NCBI GenBank assembly: GCA_951406725.2
Contig: OX597821.1
Location: 116,312,001 to 116,376,000 of the forward strand
Length of the DNA: 64,000 nt
Direction: 5' to 3'
From: Octopus vulgaris
Lineage: Eukaryota
Positions 39,429-54,012 of this stretch are shown one piece after another. Each line of letters opens with the position of its first letter. Within the stretch, counting starts at the first letter, position 1. The notes beneath the pieces were generated by a model. It was not told the DNA's origin. It saw only the letters and a program-made list of their open reading frames with translations, and made no database searches. The position numbers and the translations under genes were made by a program.

Positions 39429-40170
39429 GGCTTAAATGTTATGTAACATTGTCTTGTAAAATTTGACTTCATTGTGAGAGGATTTCATTTCAGCATCATT
39501 TAGATATAAAACTATTGACATTTCCCAGATAATAATTACTCCCCCTTTGAAGCATTCTTTTTCTCTTCATCTAATCCACTGTTAAGTGAGCTGTGTTAGA
39601 GAAAACAACAAGCAAGAACTAAAGAGATTGCAAAGAGGCTCCTTTGAATGCCTACTATATTGGTTGATGGGTATGAACTTCATCATAATCATTTAACATC
39701 CACTTTTCCATACCTGCATGGGTTAGATGGAATTTGTTGAAGCAGATTTCCTCTTCCTGTCACCAATCCTCACTTGTTTCTAAGCAAGGTCATATTTGCC
39801 CATGGCCAGACATGATTTTCATGGAAGACTGGGAACAAACATTATCACTTGAATGACAGTGATGCTCTTTTACAATCATCACATAATGTCAGGACAAAAG
39901 TACATAAAGAACACACACACGATGGCACACATACACATGCATGCACCCACACATGCATGCACACACACACACACATGCACACAAACACACACATATACGA
40001 TGGGCTTCTTTCAGTTTTTGTTGTGTACCAAATCCACTCTTAAGGCTTTGGTCCACCCTGGGCTATAGCAGAAGATTCTTGTCCAGTGGGACTAAAATAA
40101 GGACCGCATGGTCGGGAAGCAAGGCCTCTTAACTACACAACCATGCCTGTACCCATTTATATATATGTAT

Positions 40171-40202
<32 letters not shown>

Positions 40203-41117
40203 ACACACACAAGCATGTGCACACACACACACACACACACATCACTGGTTTTCATGCATATATTTTACTAACCAGAAAATTTTATAAGAATGATGTCTGA
40301 AGTAACAATAATTGTTACTGAGAAACTAGTTTCTAATAATAGCATGTTACAAGAGATTAATGGTAAAAAGTTTGACTATTGAAGAGGTTGCAAAACACAA
40401 CGAAAATTTTAGAAAATATAAATAAATAAATGAGTGGAAATCCAACCGGTGAGTGTGTTAAGTAATAAGACACTAAAAGAGAATGACTCTCCCCAGACAC
40501 AATATCTAAGTTTAGTTTGTACAGAAAACATATTAATAATAGTAAATTCTTCATGACTTCATACTAGAATACTACTCAAGACATGGTTAACAGTTATGTA
40601 TCTTATGTAATGTATTCAATCTGGTTATAATCAAAAATGTCTTCTTTTTTTTTTAATATTTAAGATAATGTTTCCATATATGATCTATTCTTGTCTTTAT
40701 TACTTTTAGAAGAGCAGTGACAGAAGACAGCATAATTAGGAGGGCTGTAGACAAAATGTCTTCTATATTTAATAATGTCCATTTTTTACGAGTTCACTAA
40801 TCTCTAGATTTTTCTGATAAATTTAAGTGTATGTTATAAGAAAATAGACCCCCAAAACTCAACAAGTGAAGTTGATATTCTAATCAATGTCTTTTATTTT
40901 ACTGATACCTCCTGTAGAAATGTACCTACTTCTATAATTTTATTTGAGCTTGATATGATAAACTGTTTGCTAGAAAATAGGTAAGCAGAAGGTATATCAA
41001 CATATTTTGATAGGAAATATTATTTTGCTTTGAGGATTTTTCAAGTCATTTGCAGCTAAACTGATTTCTAGTTTTACTAAAATATTAGTTATTTAGCTAA
41101 TTATTTTTAAATAATTA

Positions 41118-42437
41118 GTTAGGGGTAAATGAGTGGCTTGTGAAAGCTGTACAAGCCATGTACAGAGGTGCTGTCAGTGACTATAGTGATGAATCTTGTA
41201 TAGAGGTAGGCATTCATCAGGGTTCGGTTCTCAGTCCCCTCCTATTCATCATTGTCCTCCAGGCCATAAATTTAGGAATTCCAAACTGGTTGCTCTTGTA
41301 GCAGATTCTGTTACAAAACTAGAAAAAAAATCCAGATGTGGAAGCAAAACCTGGAATCAAAGGGCCTAATTGTTAACTTAGTATAGATTAAGGTTCTAAG
41401 TAAGCCAGAAAATGTATAGGAGTCTTTCCTCATCAGAAAAATGGCCCAACTGTAGAAAAGGTGTTGGTAGGAATTCTATATGATATACTCAGTGCAAGCT
41501 ATGGACACAGAAGAGGTGCAGTGAAATAATAGGAGGTTAGCAGAGAAGGTGGTGTTTGTATTTGGAAGATGCACAAGAGCCATAAAAACTACAAATACTC
41601 AGGAAATCGATTGTATCAAATGCTCCAGAGGCTCTTTTGCAGCAGTAGATAATTTATTCTACCTAGGGGACCTAATTAGGTATGGGAGAGGATGCTCTGA
41701 AAGTGTAATCACTAGAATAAGATTGGATGGAGAAAATTCAGAGAGCTTTTGCCTCTGTTGGCAACCAAATGTCTCTCTCTCTCTCTCTCTCTCCACGCAA
41801 GGAAGATTGTATGATGCATGTATACGAACAACAAACTACATGGTTATGAGACATGGGCTCTGAATGCAGAAAACATGCAAAAGCTGCTAGAGAGGAATGA
41901 AACTAGTATGCTCTGCTGAATGTGCAATGTCAGTGTACATGTGTGACAGAGCATTAGTGTTATGAGGGAATTATGAGATGAATTAGAAGTAGTGTGCAAG
42001 AGAGAAGACTACATGTGGTTTAGTTATGTGATGTATATGGATGTAAAACAGTTGTATACAGAAGTGCTGATCACTTAAAGGCAACAGAGCTTGTGGGAGA
42101 GGGAGACCCAAGAACACATGGGATGAAGCATTGAGGGCTGATCTCAAGACATTGAACCTTATGAAGGAGATGAGTAATGACTGAGATATCTGGTGCACTG
42201 CTGTACTCAAGCAGAATTGATACTAATGCTGGTGCCATGTAAAAAGCACTTGTGGTGGTGCCACATTAAAAGCACCCAGTACACTCTATGGAGTGGTGGG
42301 CATTAGGAAGGGCATCCAGTGTAGGAACCATGCCAGACCAGACAATGGAGTCTGCCGTCACCCCTGGAATTACCAGCTCCAGTCAAAATGTCAGCATGGA
42401 AAACAGATGTTAAACGATGATGATGATGATGATGGTG
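41118..42437 (+). mobile_element. RTE LINE, 5'-truncated: decayed RT with Cys-rich insert, plus family-R 3' UTR
   Basis: GVNEWLVKAVQAMY...VGIHQGSVLSPLLFIIVL is present and YADD is deleted. Then follow KWP.C.KGVG.NSI...C..W...RC..., F.YLGDLI, GRLYDACIR and GRGRP.NTW. The ORF end runs into the family-R UTR and a (GAT)n tail. Confidence 0.88.
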
Positions 42438-42781
42438 ATTTATTGAATGACTAATTTAACTTATTAATGTAAGGGGATGTAACTCAACACTGTTTTTACA
42501 ATGGCCCAACCTGTACCAGCATGAAACATGAATGGTTAAATGATGGTGATGATGTATATGCAAACATATGAACACATGCATATAGCTGTGTGTGTGCGTG
42601 TGCATGCGCGCGTGTGTGTGTGTATGTGTGTGTGTGTGTGTTGGTCTTCTGTATTCTATCTACCAAATTCCTCTCATTAGGCATTGGCCAACCTAATTCT
42701 CCTTGGTTGCAAAGTGAACTTCTTAATTATGCAGCGATGCTTGTACCTACACATACATACATACTCATACATGCACACATA

Positions 42782-42959
42782 GACTCACATGAACAACACA
42801 TACACACATACATACTCACACACACTGTGTGTTTCCCAGTTTTTAGAATAGATACTCACACACATACACACTCACACATGCACACACAAACTCACATGAA
42901 CAACACACATACACACACACACACACACTGTGTGTTTTCCAGCTTTTAGAATAGATACT
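42782..42959. repeat. Local tandem duplication (~107-bp period)
   Basis: ACTCACATGAACAACAC...CACTGTGTGTTT.CCAG.TTTTAGAATAGATACT occurs twice. Confidence 0.8.
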
Positions 42960-45515
42960 ATTTTTCCTTCAGTATTATTTAGGGCAACGAAAACGAGTGA
43001 CTAAAAGCTGTGAAAGGGCATCCAGCCGTAAAACACCTTCACAAAAGTCTTATTTAATACACACCCTGCTTGGGAAAGTATATATAAAAAAATGACATAA
43101 TAATAATAATGATAATGATGATGATGATGATGATGATGATGAATATGCTCATAAAAAATTAACAAAAGAAGAAATCTATGTATATTCTTTTGGTTTAACA
43201 CATTGCTTATTGTTGTCCTAGTGGTGACTAACTGATCAATAACATATTTGATTTTGTGAAAAATATACTCCAGACTAAAATTTTGCAATGGCAGTACATA
43301 CAGAAATCTCAATAATGAATGATTAGTTTGCAACTTACTTGATAAAACAGACACTGTGTTTCCTCGTACCCACTAATTGTGCAAAACAGATAGATTGTCT
43401 AGACTGTTTTCATAGTTAAATTAAAATATGTCATCACTACTTACTCAGAAAATATAGCTAAAAACATTACTTTTGGAAGTGACAGTTTGTGAGATATTAA
43501 ATTTGTACATTACCGCTATAATTAATTTGATTTTGACTTCTTGAATTCAAACTTGTTTACATTAAGTCAATTTATCAAAAATAGACTATTCTATGAAAAT
43601 GTATATCCAGATTTCATAAATTTCTATCCCTTTAACATTACAGATTTATTGTAAAACTCAAATGATAATCTGCCTACAACATATTGTGCTGCTCAGTTAT
43701 GCTGCCAAAGAACGCTCATAAATGTACGATTTATTTTATCATAATTAATCCTTGAAATAATTTTTAAGTTTTAAAATGCTAAAGTTTCATAAATGTTGGT
43801 CAACTTTAGCTGCAGGGCCCAGTTGGGAGCATTTGAAATGATAAGCATAATGTTAGTCCCATTATGATATCTGCAGTATAACAATATTGGTCATGTTGTA
43901 CAATATAATTGCATTTCTGCTGGGTTCGTTTTTTTCTCTTCATAGCTTAACAAATAAGTAACCATTTCTGATTTTTCAATTTATAAGACTTATTAAGAAT
44001 TCTATTTACATTAAAAGTTAAGAGTATGTTCACCTTTCCATCACTGTGGGCTACAATTAATGATACTTATAAACAGTTGAATTAAAAAAAAAAGACTTAG
44101 TTTTGTACTGAAAATTGTAGTGTCTAGTTGATTATTATTATGAAAGATAAATTCATTTGAAGAAAGTGGGACACAAGTTTTTTTCAAGTGAATTCATAGA
44201 AATAACTTCATCAATATAAGTATGCTTGTATAGTTTGATTTTTTTTTTTCAGTCTTGTGAATTGAAGTAGATTTATATTTACTTAACCTATTGAAATTTT
44301 CATTGTTAAATCAACTGTCATCTTCAGCTAGAATATTGTATATACAAAGACTTTGGATTAGTAATTCAAATATTTTATCTTCTCTATAATCCATAAGTGA
44401 TAACATACTTACTGTAAGAGGTTATAGATTTAAACTATTTCTTAGATGACATTTATTTAAATAAAATCTTATATTTGATTGAAACAATGACCAAATTTGA
44501 AAGACTTAAAAGTCGGTCTAAATACTAGATTGGTTGGATATTATTGTGAGCTTCCTTTATATTTATATCTAACCATTAATCTTCAGTTTATAACATTTTG
44601 GGTATGTTTATCAAACTGAATTTCCTAGCAGACTTAATTATGTTCATGTGTAGTTGAATTATACTTACCTGACTATTCAAACTGCTGCCTTTTCATAGAT
44701 TATATCTTACTTAATTCAACATACTTAAAGTGAAAAAGAAATTTTCTGCAGTGGTAATTTTTCACGAATAGTTTAGATTTGGAAAATAAAGCAAAATAAT
44801 GATAAAATCAATATATTCAGATGTGGTGCTTTGTGAAATAATGAACTGATGTCTAGCTTTAGCAGACTTAGCTCAATGTGCATGAATCAAAGAGTAAAAA
44901 TTTTATATTTGATGAAATAGGATAAATATCTTTAGAATCAAAGAGTGATAGAAAGAAGAACCATTGAAATTATTCTCTTTCAAGTGATGTAATTTGATAA
45001 AATAGAAGCCACAAAAATAATTCAAAACTAAATAGCAAAATACATTTTTTCTCATGATATCAGTGATACTTTAATCTTGTTTTGTATCTTTATATTTCTA
45101 AAGTATTTTTAAAAATCATTTTATATATCATTTATACGAAGAGTGTATATGCTGAGGATATTTGTAAGATAATTTTGCAAAAGTCTTCATTAGTAATAAT
45201 AGTATATAGTTCTTTTACATTTCTTTTCTTTAATTTTTTTTTTTTAAAGTAGTATGAAACAATATAGAGACATTTCAGTCTATTGGTACATTTTCATAAA
45301 TTAATTGTATGGCTCTCTTTTGCAAGTTCATAGACTCATATAATCTGTCATATTTATAGTATTTAAATAAACTGACATAAGGAGCTAACTTTGCTATACA
45401 ATGGCTGAGGTTAAATCTGGACAAAAAGGAAGAGGCCATTGTGTAGAATTGTTTACAGATCTGAGGATGTGAACAGGATTAGTCAATAGTGCTTATTTAC
45501 TTGGTTATTAAACCA

Positions 45516-45520
45516 ATGAA

Positions 45521-45551
<31 letters not shown>

Positions 45552-45655
45552 GTGATGGTGATGATGATGATGATGGTGATGGTGGTGGTGGTAGTGGTGG
45601 TGGTGGTGGTAGTGGTGGTGGTGTTGGTGGTGGTGTTGTTGATGATGATGATGCC
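45516..45655. repeat. (GAT)/(GGT)n microsatellite
   Basis: Direct reading. Confidence 0.95.
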
Positions 45656-46541
45656 GCCACTGTGACTGGTAAGAGCATTTTTGGTAAGGTTAGGCATTTG
45701 ATAAAACAAAGATGATATAAATTAAGATAGTACATTAGTTAATAGCTTTATTAGATAGATTGATGGAAACAATTCTCCTCTCAATTTCTTCAAAGTGTAT
45801 TTGATAAGAAAATCATGGACAAAGGAATTTCTAGGATATTGAAGTATGTTTAGTGATTTGTTGTATTTTATACCTTGAATTAACACTGTTATAACATTTT
45901 CTACTTTCATTACTTGGTCAATTGTAATGTCCTCTCTCTTGTGTATCATTGTTGTAGCCGACATTGTAGATGATATTCTCATGTACACTTGTATTTGCAT
46001 GAGCCAATGACGAAGCCTTTGCTTTGAAGCTTGATCTGCTAGAAAAATCAGTCAAATCTCCCTGAAATCACACCTTACAATCCTGAAATAGAAAAGGTTG
46101 GATAATTTAGTCTGAGTACGTAATGCCTAAAAAAATTATGGGATGGTCATGGTCAGAATATCTTCGGTTAAGATTACAGCTGACCTTTGACTAAATAACA
46201 ATCTTAGCTAAGTCATTTATATTTGTATCGAGTCCTTTCAGAGTATTTCAATATCTTAATGACTGTCGCTGAAAGTCTTTAAATTTTACCTGCCTTCATA
46301 CACTTAATAATTTTCTTATCCCATTATTGATCTCAACCGGTGGTACTTGGTTGATACATCCAGGAGTTGGCTCTTTTCTCTCATTTATAATCTCTTGTTG
46401 AGGATAAACTTTGACAAAACAGTATATCATGATTTCACTTATTTATCAATTAACTAAATGTCTTGTAATATTGTTTTTTTGCACTCACTGTATGTAACAT
46501 CATAAAAATAAGTATTGAATTTGAACTAAGAATATATTTGT

Positions 46542-46775
46542 TATTTCTCTACCGCCCACAAGGGGCTACACACAGAGGGGACAAACAAGAACAGACAAAC
46601 GGATTAAGTCAGTTATATCGACCCCAGTGCGTAACTGGTACTTATTTAATTGACCCCAAAAGGATTAACGGCAAAGTTGACCTTGGTGGAATTTGAACTC
46701 AGAACGTAGCAGCAGATGAAATACCGGTATGCATTTCACCCAGTGTGCTAACGTTTCTGCCAGCTCATCACCTTA
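46542..46775 (-). mobile_element. Family-B SINE with 20-bp TSD
   Basis: TGAACTAAGAATATATTTGT at 46522-46541 and 46776-46795. Confidence 0.92.
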
Positions 46776-47109
46776 TGAACTAAGAATATATTTGTGTGTG
46801 TGTGTTGGGGGCATGGTGGAGTGAAGTCTAGAATAATAACAGATTTAGCTAATTATGCTAGATGCAATATTTACAAAAAAAAAAAATTACTGCTTCTTTG
46901 TGTACCAGCTTTTAACATAGAATACTAGTACTGTTATGAAATTATTTACACCATACCCTATTTTTTAATAAATGAAACCCATGTTATATGCTATAGCTAA
47001 TGTAGTGACCATTAACAAGCTAAGTGGTCACTTTTTTTTGGGGGGGGGGGGGGCAGTACTTTAGCAAGAATACTGGAAGCCACTTTTTTCTGATGAGATC
47101 ATAATAAGA

Positions 47110-47236
47110 TTCTGCCAAGGTCGACTTTGCCTTTCATCCTTTCGGGGTTGATAAATTATGTACCAGTTGCATACTGGGGTTGATCTAATTGACTGATTCC
47201 CTCCCCTAAATTTTGGGCCTTGTGCCTAGAGTAGAA
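47110..47236 (+). mobile_element. 5'-truncated family-B SINE with 15-bp TSD
   Basis: GAGATCATAATAAGA at 47095-47109 and 47237-47251. Confidence 0.85.
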
Positions 47237-47649
47237 GAGATCATAATAAGACTTTAATATGTTCAGTGCTGTTTCCTATACTTACTGAAATAAATAAAAT
47301 AATGTTTGCCATTGATAAATAATTTATTTTTCTCTCTGCATTAATTGCTTCTTGTTAACTTTTTTAAAACTTCTTGGATTAAATATGTTAACACTAACTT
47401 AACTATTATATGCTTTTAGTTTTTTATATATTTTTTGTAACAAATGGCATGTCATCTCTCTTTCACCGTCTTGTTTTCTGTATCATCATTTCTATTCTGG
47501 TGCTTTGCACTATCAGGTATCCTCTACTTCACTCACTCCTGGCACCTCTGCTCCACTCAGTCCTACTCACCTTGTACCTTAAAAATCTACTCTGGCACTT
47601 CATCATCATTTAAATCCCTTTCCAACTCCACTTTCAAACCTCTTTATAA

Positions 47650-47885
47650 ATAATAATAATAATAATAATAATTGTGTACAGTGCTCAGGTGCACTACAAC
47701 TCATCTAAAGTGTATATATAATCAGGTGAAGTTTCGGCGGATTTCGGAAAGCATGAGGGCCTTAAAAGATGCAGTGTCATGGCAGTCAACAACTGACGCA
47801 GGCAGTTTATTCCATGCTTCAGCAACTCTGAGCGTGAAAAAATGTTTCCGAAAGTCATGGGAGCTGTATTGTTTTCTGACTAAAA
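47650..47885 (-). mobile_element. CR1/L2-group LINE 3' end (same family as 30661-31090)
   Basis: VRKQYSSHDFRKHFFTLRVAEAWNKLPASVV with a (TTA)n tail. Confidence 0.88.
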
Positions 47886-50800
47886 TGTGACTACACATGT
47901 GACTACACATGTGAATCCTCTTCAGTAAGAAACCTATTTTGCTTTGGCCTTTTTCTCTTATAGTTTACCCTTTTCTACTACTTATTCTCCTAACATAAAG
48001 TTCCCTCCCATTCACCGGGCTCATCATCTTGCAAGCTGCATGGCCATCTCACTGGTGTTGGTCGCATGGAAACAAAGCACTCAGTGCATGCTGTAAAGTG
48101 GTGGACATCAAGAAAGACATCCAGTTATAGAAACTGTGACAAATGGACACTGGAGCATGATGTGGTCCTTGGCTCCATTGGATCCCATCAAACTAGCATG
48201 GAATATGGACATTATTGTGCTCAATAGGGCTGTACACAAAACGATACTGTTGCAAAGCAAGCTTCTTAACTGCCTGGCCATGCTTGTGCCTATGAGCCAT
48301 ATCTGCACCTATAGCCATGTCTAGCTAATTTTTTAAAATTTAATCTTTTATTTAGAATCATATTAAAATTACAAGAGTTTTAAAGATGATTGGAATAACT
48401 GTTGTAATATCTGATTCAGGTTATTTCTGTTATACTTTGATAAAACACTTGGGACACTTATAGAACATCCAAAAGTTTAATGTGTTATCTGATTCAGATT
48501 TATACTGGCATTCTGTTCTACCCAAATGATAGGATGTGATATACTTTGCCATGCTAGTAGCCCTATAAATTTCTGATTACCTATATCTCTTATAACAAAT
48601 TCTTATATAACAGACAAATTCGATACTGAATGCCATCTCTAGGGTTTTTGAAACTACTTAAGGAGAAATAACTAGCAATAAAAATATAAACTTGTTCTAT
48701 CAACATAATATATGAGGTTCATTATGAAATAAAGTTCTATGTAAAAGATTAAAGGGAAGACTTCAGTTAACAGATCATTCTAAGGCTTATCTTAAACAAA
48801 ATTTCTGAAAAGGAAATTGACACAAATGTGGGGTTAAATATTTTGAAAAATATCAAGTTTTATTTTGTTAAATTTGTCTTATGTGAGGTGAAAAACATAT
48901 TTCTTTTTGTGTCGCAAAAATGAGTTCATTAATCAGTACAAAGAGAGTAAAATATTATCTGTGATGACAAAATATCATTTGGGTTGTTGTTGTTTAGCTC
49001 CCATCTCAGTCCTGATCCAGTAGACTTATAATCAAGGGTGTTTCAGGTATGACATTCACACCACTCATGTCTTTATCTTTCAGTCAGTAAGTTTAACACA
49101 GATTGTTATACTTACAAATAACACAAAAAAGGGACACATTAAAAAATGTAGATTCTTTAATGTGTCATTTTTTTCTTTTTTCTTAGAATGTGATTTGTCT
49201 GCTATTTCTAGTAGGATTAGCAACCACATAGAGCTTCCTCAATGGTTGAACTGCTTCTTTTGACATCTGTAATACGTTGATGTAGAAATGTAGAAATTTA
49301 TAAAGAAACTTCTTTTTATATGATTTTTATTTCCGTAGTTGTCTTGCTTTTGTAAATCGATGGCAACCAAAAATGATATGAAACAAAAAATGTTTGATTT
49401 TTAACTGAAAATGAATTTAAAAGAATTATACTCTACAAATGAAAATTTATTGACCGTTAGATGGTTGTGATAGAAATAGGGATGAAAATTGTTTTAGATA
49501 TTTCCATCATTTAAAAAGTCATTGTTTTCAAACACTATTTCAAAGCAGATCAGTCTTTTCACTTTAGCATTATTATCAGAATTTTATGTTGTATTTTCTA
49601 AATATAATGGCAATTTTTTAAATTTAAATTTCTTTTTTCTTTTATTAATCTGTATTGATTCTAATATTTCAGTTCTGGTAATACCATTTTTGGCCCACAT
49701 TTTTCTGAATCGATATTAAACTCAGTGCCAAGTTATTAAATACTTTACCTTTCCATTCCTATCTCAAAGATATTAAAATCTGAATATTGCTACTTCCTAT
49801 GATGTACCTGCAACAGTAGAATTTTCTAAAAGATAATAATCATTATGGTTTGGTTATATTTTACTTTAATTTTAAATTATCATATTTCTTGATGAAATTA
49901 TTATAGTGAGGCATTATTTGCCATTCTTTCATCAAAAGTTTGTATGTATACATGTTTTTTTTTTATCTTTCCACAAGAAAACAGTTACAACATTTCAAAA
50001 CTTTTGCTGAAGCTTGAAATATTAGATGTCTAAACATCTGAGAAGAATTGTTCTGAATAAAATTTTAATTGTTTTGACTATTAACCTTCTCTTTAGACAT
50101 GAAATAATTTTCAATATTATATTTATATTTTTCAATCAGCTTGATATCTCTTCTTTATTGAGTATCTTATGTCTGCTGTGAAGGTAGAAATTATAAATCA
50201 AAATTATTTCTGGATGATACTGGATGTTCTATTCTCTTCTATTGAATAATACTTTAAATTTTTCCAATGTTAAAAATTTCAATACTAGAGTTTCATCAAA
50301 GTTTCAAACATTTTCTGCAATTCTTCATTTGGCTTTGTAATATTTCAATGACAAGGAGGAAGAAAAACATTGTTTGGTTATGTTGTTTAGGGCAATTTTC
50401 TGAGTACTGCATATTTTTTAATCCATTGTTTTCTCATTGAATACTTTAAAAAACATTCCAACCTCTCGTTTTTAACTTCATTCTTAATAAAAGAAATTAT
50501 TTTATTGCTTTTTACATATAATTTAATATTTTTTCAACAAACTAGCTAACCTACCAATTAATATTAGCCATATTACTCAATCATAGAAAATAATGTTTAA
50601 TCTGTGTGATTAAAGATTTAAATTCATATGCAAAAAGATTTCACTTTTGTATATGTAAAAAAAAAAATTTCTCTATTTATTCCAAATATAACAAAAACAA
50701 TTATAATCACCAACAAAGCAAAACAAACAAAAGTTGATCACACATACTTAACCATTAGGAGAGTCATAGGTGGCTGATTTGATGGGGTGCTAGGCTACAA

Positions 50801-51294
50801 GCTGAAGCATCAGTAGTTCATATCTTGTGACTCATTATCATGCTCTGTTTCCAGAGTTATCAGTAGGTATGAAGGATAGAATGACTTATACCTGGAACCT
50901 GCTTGTAACAGTAAGTAATTTCATTCTCTGATATCTTCTGTATAATGATAGAATTAGAGAGTGTTTCCGTAGCTTCTAGTACCACTGAGTGCTAAGCTCT
51001 TTCAAGTTCATTTACCTTTGATGAATACCACAAGCTAACATGGAAGCCTTTATATTGTCCTTGATCTGTTGGAAACAGCAACCAAGTTTCCTTCAAATCC
51101 CACCCTACAGTTTTCAGAAAAGAAGGGAAGATGGAATGATATAGGGCTAGATACAATATATCTGGAAAGGAAAAAAAGGATGAGATAGTTAAGGCTAGAA
51201 TGTCTTTGATCATGTTTTGATCAGTCAGGCCTGACCTGGGGTTAAGTAGCTACAGCAACATGATAAAGAAGACTTCAGTATTGTCCTTTTGAGT

Positions 51295-51584
51295 TTAACC
51301 CTTTAGCATTTAAACCGGCCATAACTGGCCCAAATATTCTATGTGTTTTATGCTAGAACTGACCAGATCCAACCTCTCATACCTACACTGCAATGTCATT
51401 CTAAAAATAACACAACCCTGATCAAACCATCTAACCTATGCCAGCATGGACAACAGATGTTAAATGATGATGATGATGACATTGTTGAGATCTTGAAGCT
51501 ATGAGACAAGGCATGATTAATTCAAAACAATATGAATAAATAAGCAAAACATTTGACTAAGAAATCTGAAAGCTAAAGGGTTAA
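51295..51584. mobile_element. piggyBac-like MITE carrying a family-R tail insert (about 51415-51480)
   Basis: TTAA|CCCTTTAGC ... GCTAAAGGG|TTAA; inverted relative to 8853-9069. Confidence 0.85.
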
Positions 51585-52344
51585 TGGCTGTAGGTGTCAT
51601 GATTGCTATTTCCATACACAAGTGCACACACACACACAACATACATGCACATACGCAACATACATGCACACACATACACATGTACACAAGTGCACACATA
51701 CACCCCCACACACAAAACATACACGTACATACATATTTGTATAAATGAGAAAGAACTTCCTTTTCAAATGTGTTATTGAAAACATTGCTATAACTAATTT
51801 AAAAGAAAATACAATTCTATTGAGTTGTTCAATTTTACAGATAAAGTTCTCTTAATATGTGACTAGAACTATATAAAAAAAATTATCTGAAATGTCTACG
51901 TATTCTGTGTTTAACGTTTTTTATCAAGACTTATTTTAAGTCATATCTTTGTCTTCATATTCCTTATCCGAATGTACATTAACCTGTGTTTCTGGTGGAA
52001 ACATCATGACACACAAATTCTGTGAGACCAACAGATGTCAAATTTATGCCTTCAAGGTGTTACCATTATAAATGCTCAATTGCTGTATTTTGTTGGTTGC
52101 TTGTTTATCTTTTTCAAAGTTGGTTTTGTCCTTTGAATTAGGACAGCCTCAAAAGACACCACAGATCATCATACTAAACTTTATGTCAGATAGTTCCTGG
52201 CAGAACCAAAAGCCATTTACATTCAAAGACAAAAATAAATGCAGGAAGATGAAGTTGTATAGTTTCCATTGTACATTTTAAAGAAATAGATCTAGAAACT
52301 TGAAAATCTTAATGGAATATCTGTAAAAATTATCTGTTCAACAG

Positions 52345-52952
52345 TGTGGTCGTGTAGTTGTGGCGGATGCCAGTGCCATCAGACTGGCACTAATGCCAGT
52401 GGCACATAAAAAGCACCATTCAAGCATTGGGCCACATGGAGGCATTGACATCAAGCCAAGTGAGGTCGTAGTCATGGCTGATGCCAGTGTCACATAACTG
52501 GCCCGTTTGAAAGAACCCTTCAATCGTTGGGTGATATACTGGGCTTGAACCTGTTGAACCAACTGGGCTGACGCCAGTGCCATCTGACTGGCACCTGTGC
52601 CTGTGGCACATAAAAAGCACCATTCCCACATTAGGCCTCATAGAGTCAGTGACAGGTGACTGAGACCTTTGGCGATATACTGTGCTTGTGTAGACCTGTC
52701 AAGCCAAGTGAGACCATAGTCATGGGCAATGCTAGTGTCAGGTCAATGGCACCTGTGCCAGTGGCACATAAAACACATCCACTACACTCTCAGTGTGGTT
52801 GGTGTTAGGAAGAGCATCCAGTTGTAGAAACCTTGCCAAATCAGACCAAAACTTGGTGCAGCTTACCAGTTTTCAGTTAAACCGTCCAACCCATGCCAGC
52901 ATGGAAAGCGGATGTTTAATGATGGTGATGATGATGATGACGATGATGATGA
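52345..52952 (+). mobile_element. RTE-LINE 3' region (family R) with internal duplications
   Basis: Contains the ORF-end remnant GACTGAGACCTTTGGCGATAT (DRDLWRY-like), GGCACATAAAAAGCACC subrepeats and a (GAT)n tail. Confidence 0.85.
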
Positions 52953-53837
52953 GAGTGTGTGTGTGTGTGTGTGTGTGGTGTTTCCTTTGTAACTTTTAAA
53001 TGATATTTCAAAATATATTCAAACAATGACTAATTCAAGAGAAAACAGGCTTGAAGTCCCAGCTGAGTAATTGGAAATCTAAAAACTCAGACCACTAGAA
53101 TTATGAGCCTCTCAGCCATACACACATAACAACATACATGCTTCCTACCACCATCACTGCTGCACACACTCATACTGAATTATCAGAAGCTGAAGCTTCA
53201 CTTTGTCCAAACTGTGAGTTTCCTCTTTCTTTACACCTCCTTCAATGCAACTGCTTACCTTGTACTCAGGGTATTTCCTTCCTTTTTTAGTACACACTAA
53301 CACCTAAATTATTTTCTTCCAGTTGAATGGTTAAAATGTTTTCTATTATTTCATGTGAAGTACCGGTGTGGCTCACAAGCACTTTGGGCAAGTGTCTTCT
53401 ACTAAAGCCTTGAGTCAACCAAGGCCTTGTGAGCATATTTTGTAAGTGGAAACTGTGTGGAAGCCTGCCTTGTATATATCGTTTTCTTTCCTCTCTCCAT
53501 CTGCTTCTCTCCTTATTCCTTTCTGTAGAAGAGCATAGGCTTGAAATGTCAAAAACTTTCCCATTTTTCCTGTGCATCAAACTAATACACCTTGTTTGTT
53601 GTTTCCTCACCTATCTTTGTCTTTTGTTTCTTTTTTGTACAATTTTGAACCATATATATATATATATATATATGTATATATTGGCAGGGCTGGCCTGCTA
53701 GGTAGCTGGCCAGAATGCTAGAAAAAGATCATCAACGATCAAACTACGAGGGAAATTCTCTAGAGGAAGAATTCAGCGAACACCAGAACCAAATTTGGCA
53801 GGCAGGACATATGAAAAATTAAATAAAAAACAGACTT

Positions 53838-53915
53838 AAATGCATACCTCGGTTTCGGTCTTAACAAAAGAATTACTTGCATAATTCAAGTGTCCGTGAC
53901 TTCTTCAGTACATTC
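53838..53915 (-). ncRNA. Type I hammerhead ribozyme motif (mirror copy in left arm)
   Basis: Reverse complement of 54013-54090. Confidence 0.8.
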
Positions 53916-54012
53916 AGTACATTTTATTCCCGATGTAATCAGTAAGACTGAGCACGTGTCTGTCTTGACACAGAGAGCTGGGGTTAGTCTTGCGGTTTGC
54001 ATCTCGAGGACC

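Noticed and set aside
45722-46000. 92-aa non-repetitive ORF
   Set aside because: No recognisable motif or splice context; its length is compatible with chance.
47090-47100. Other CUGAUGA/CUGAAGA heptamers (also about 18365, 22430 and 36215)
   Set aside because: No downstream stem II-GAAA-stem III arrangement.
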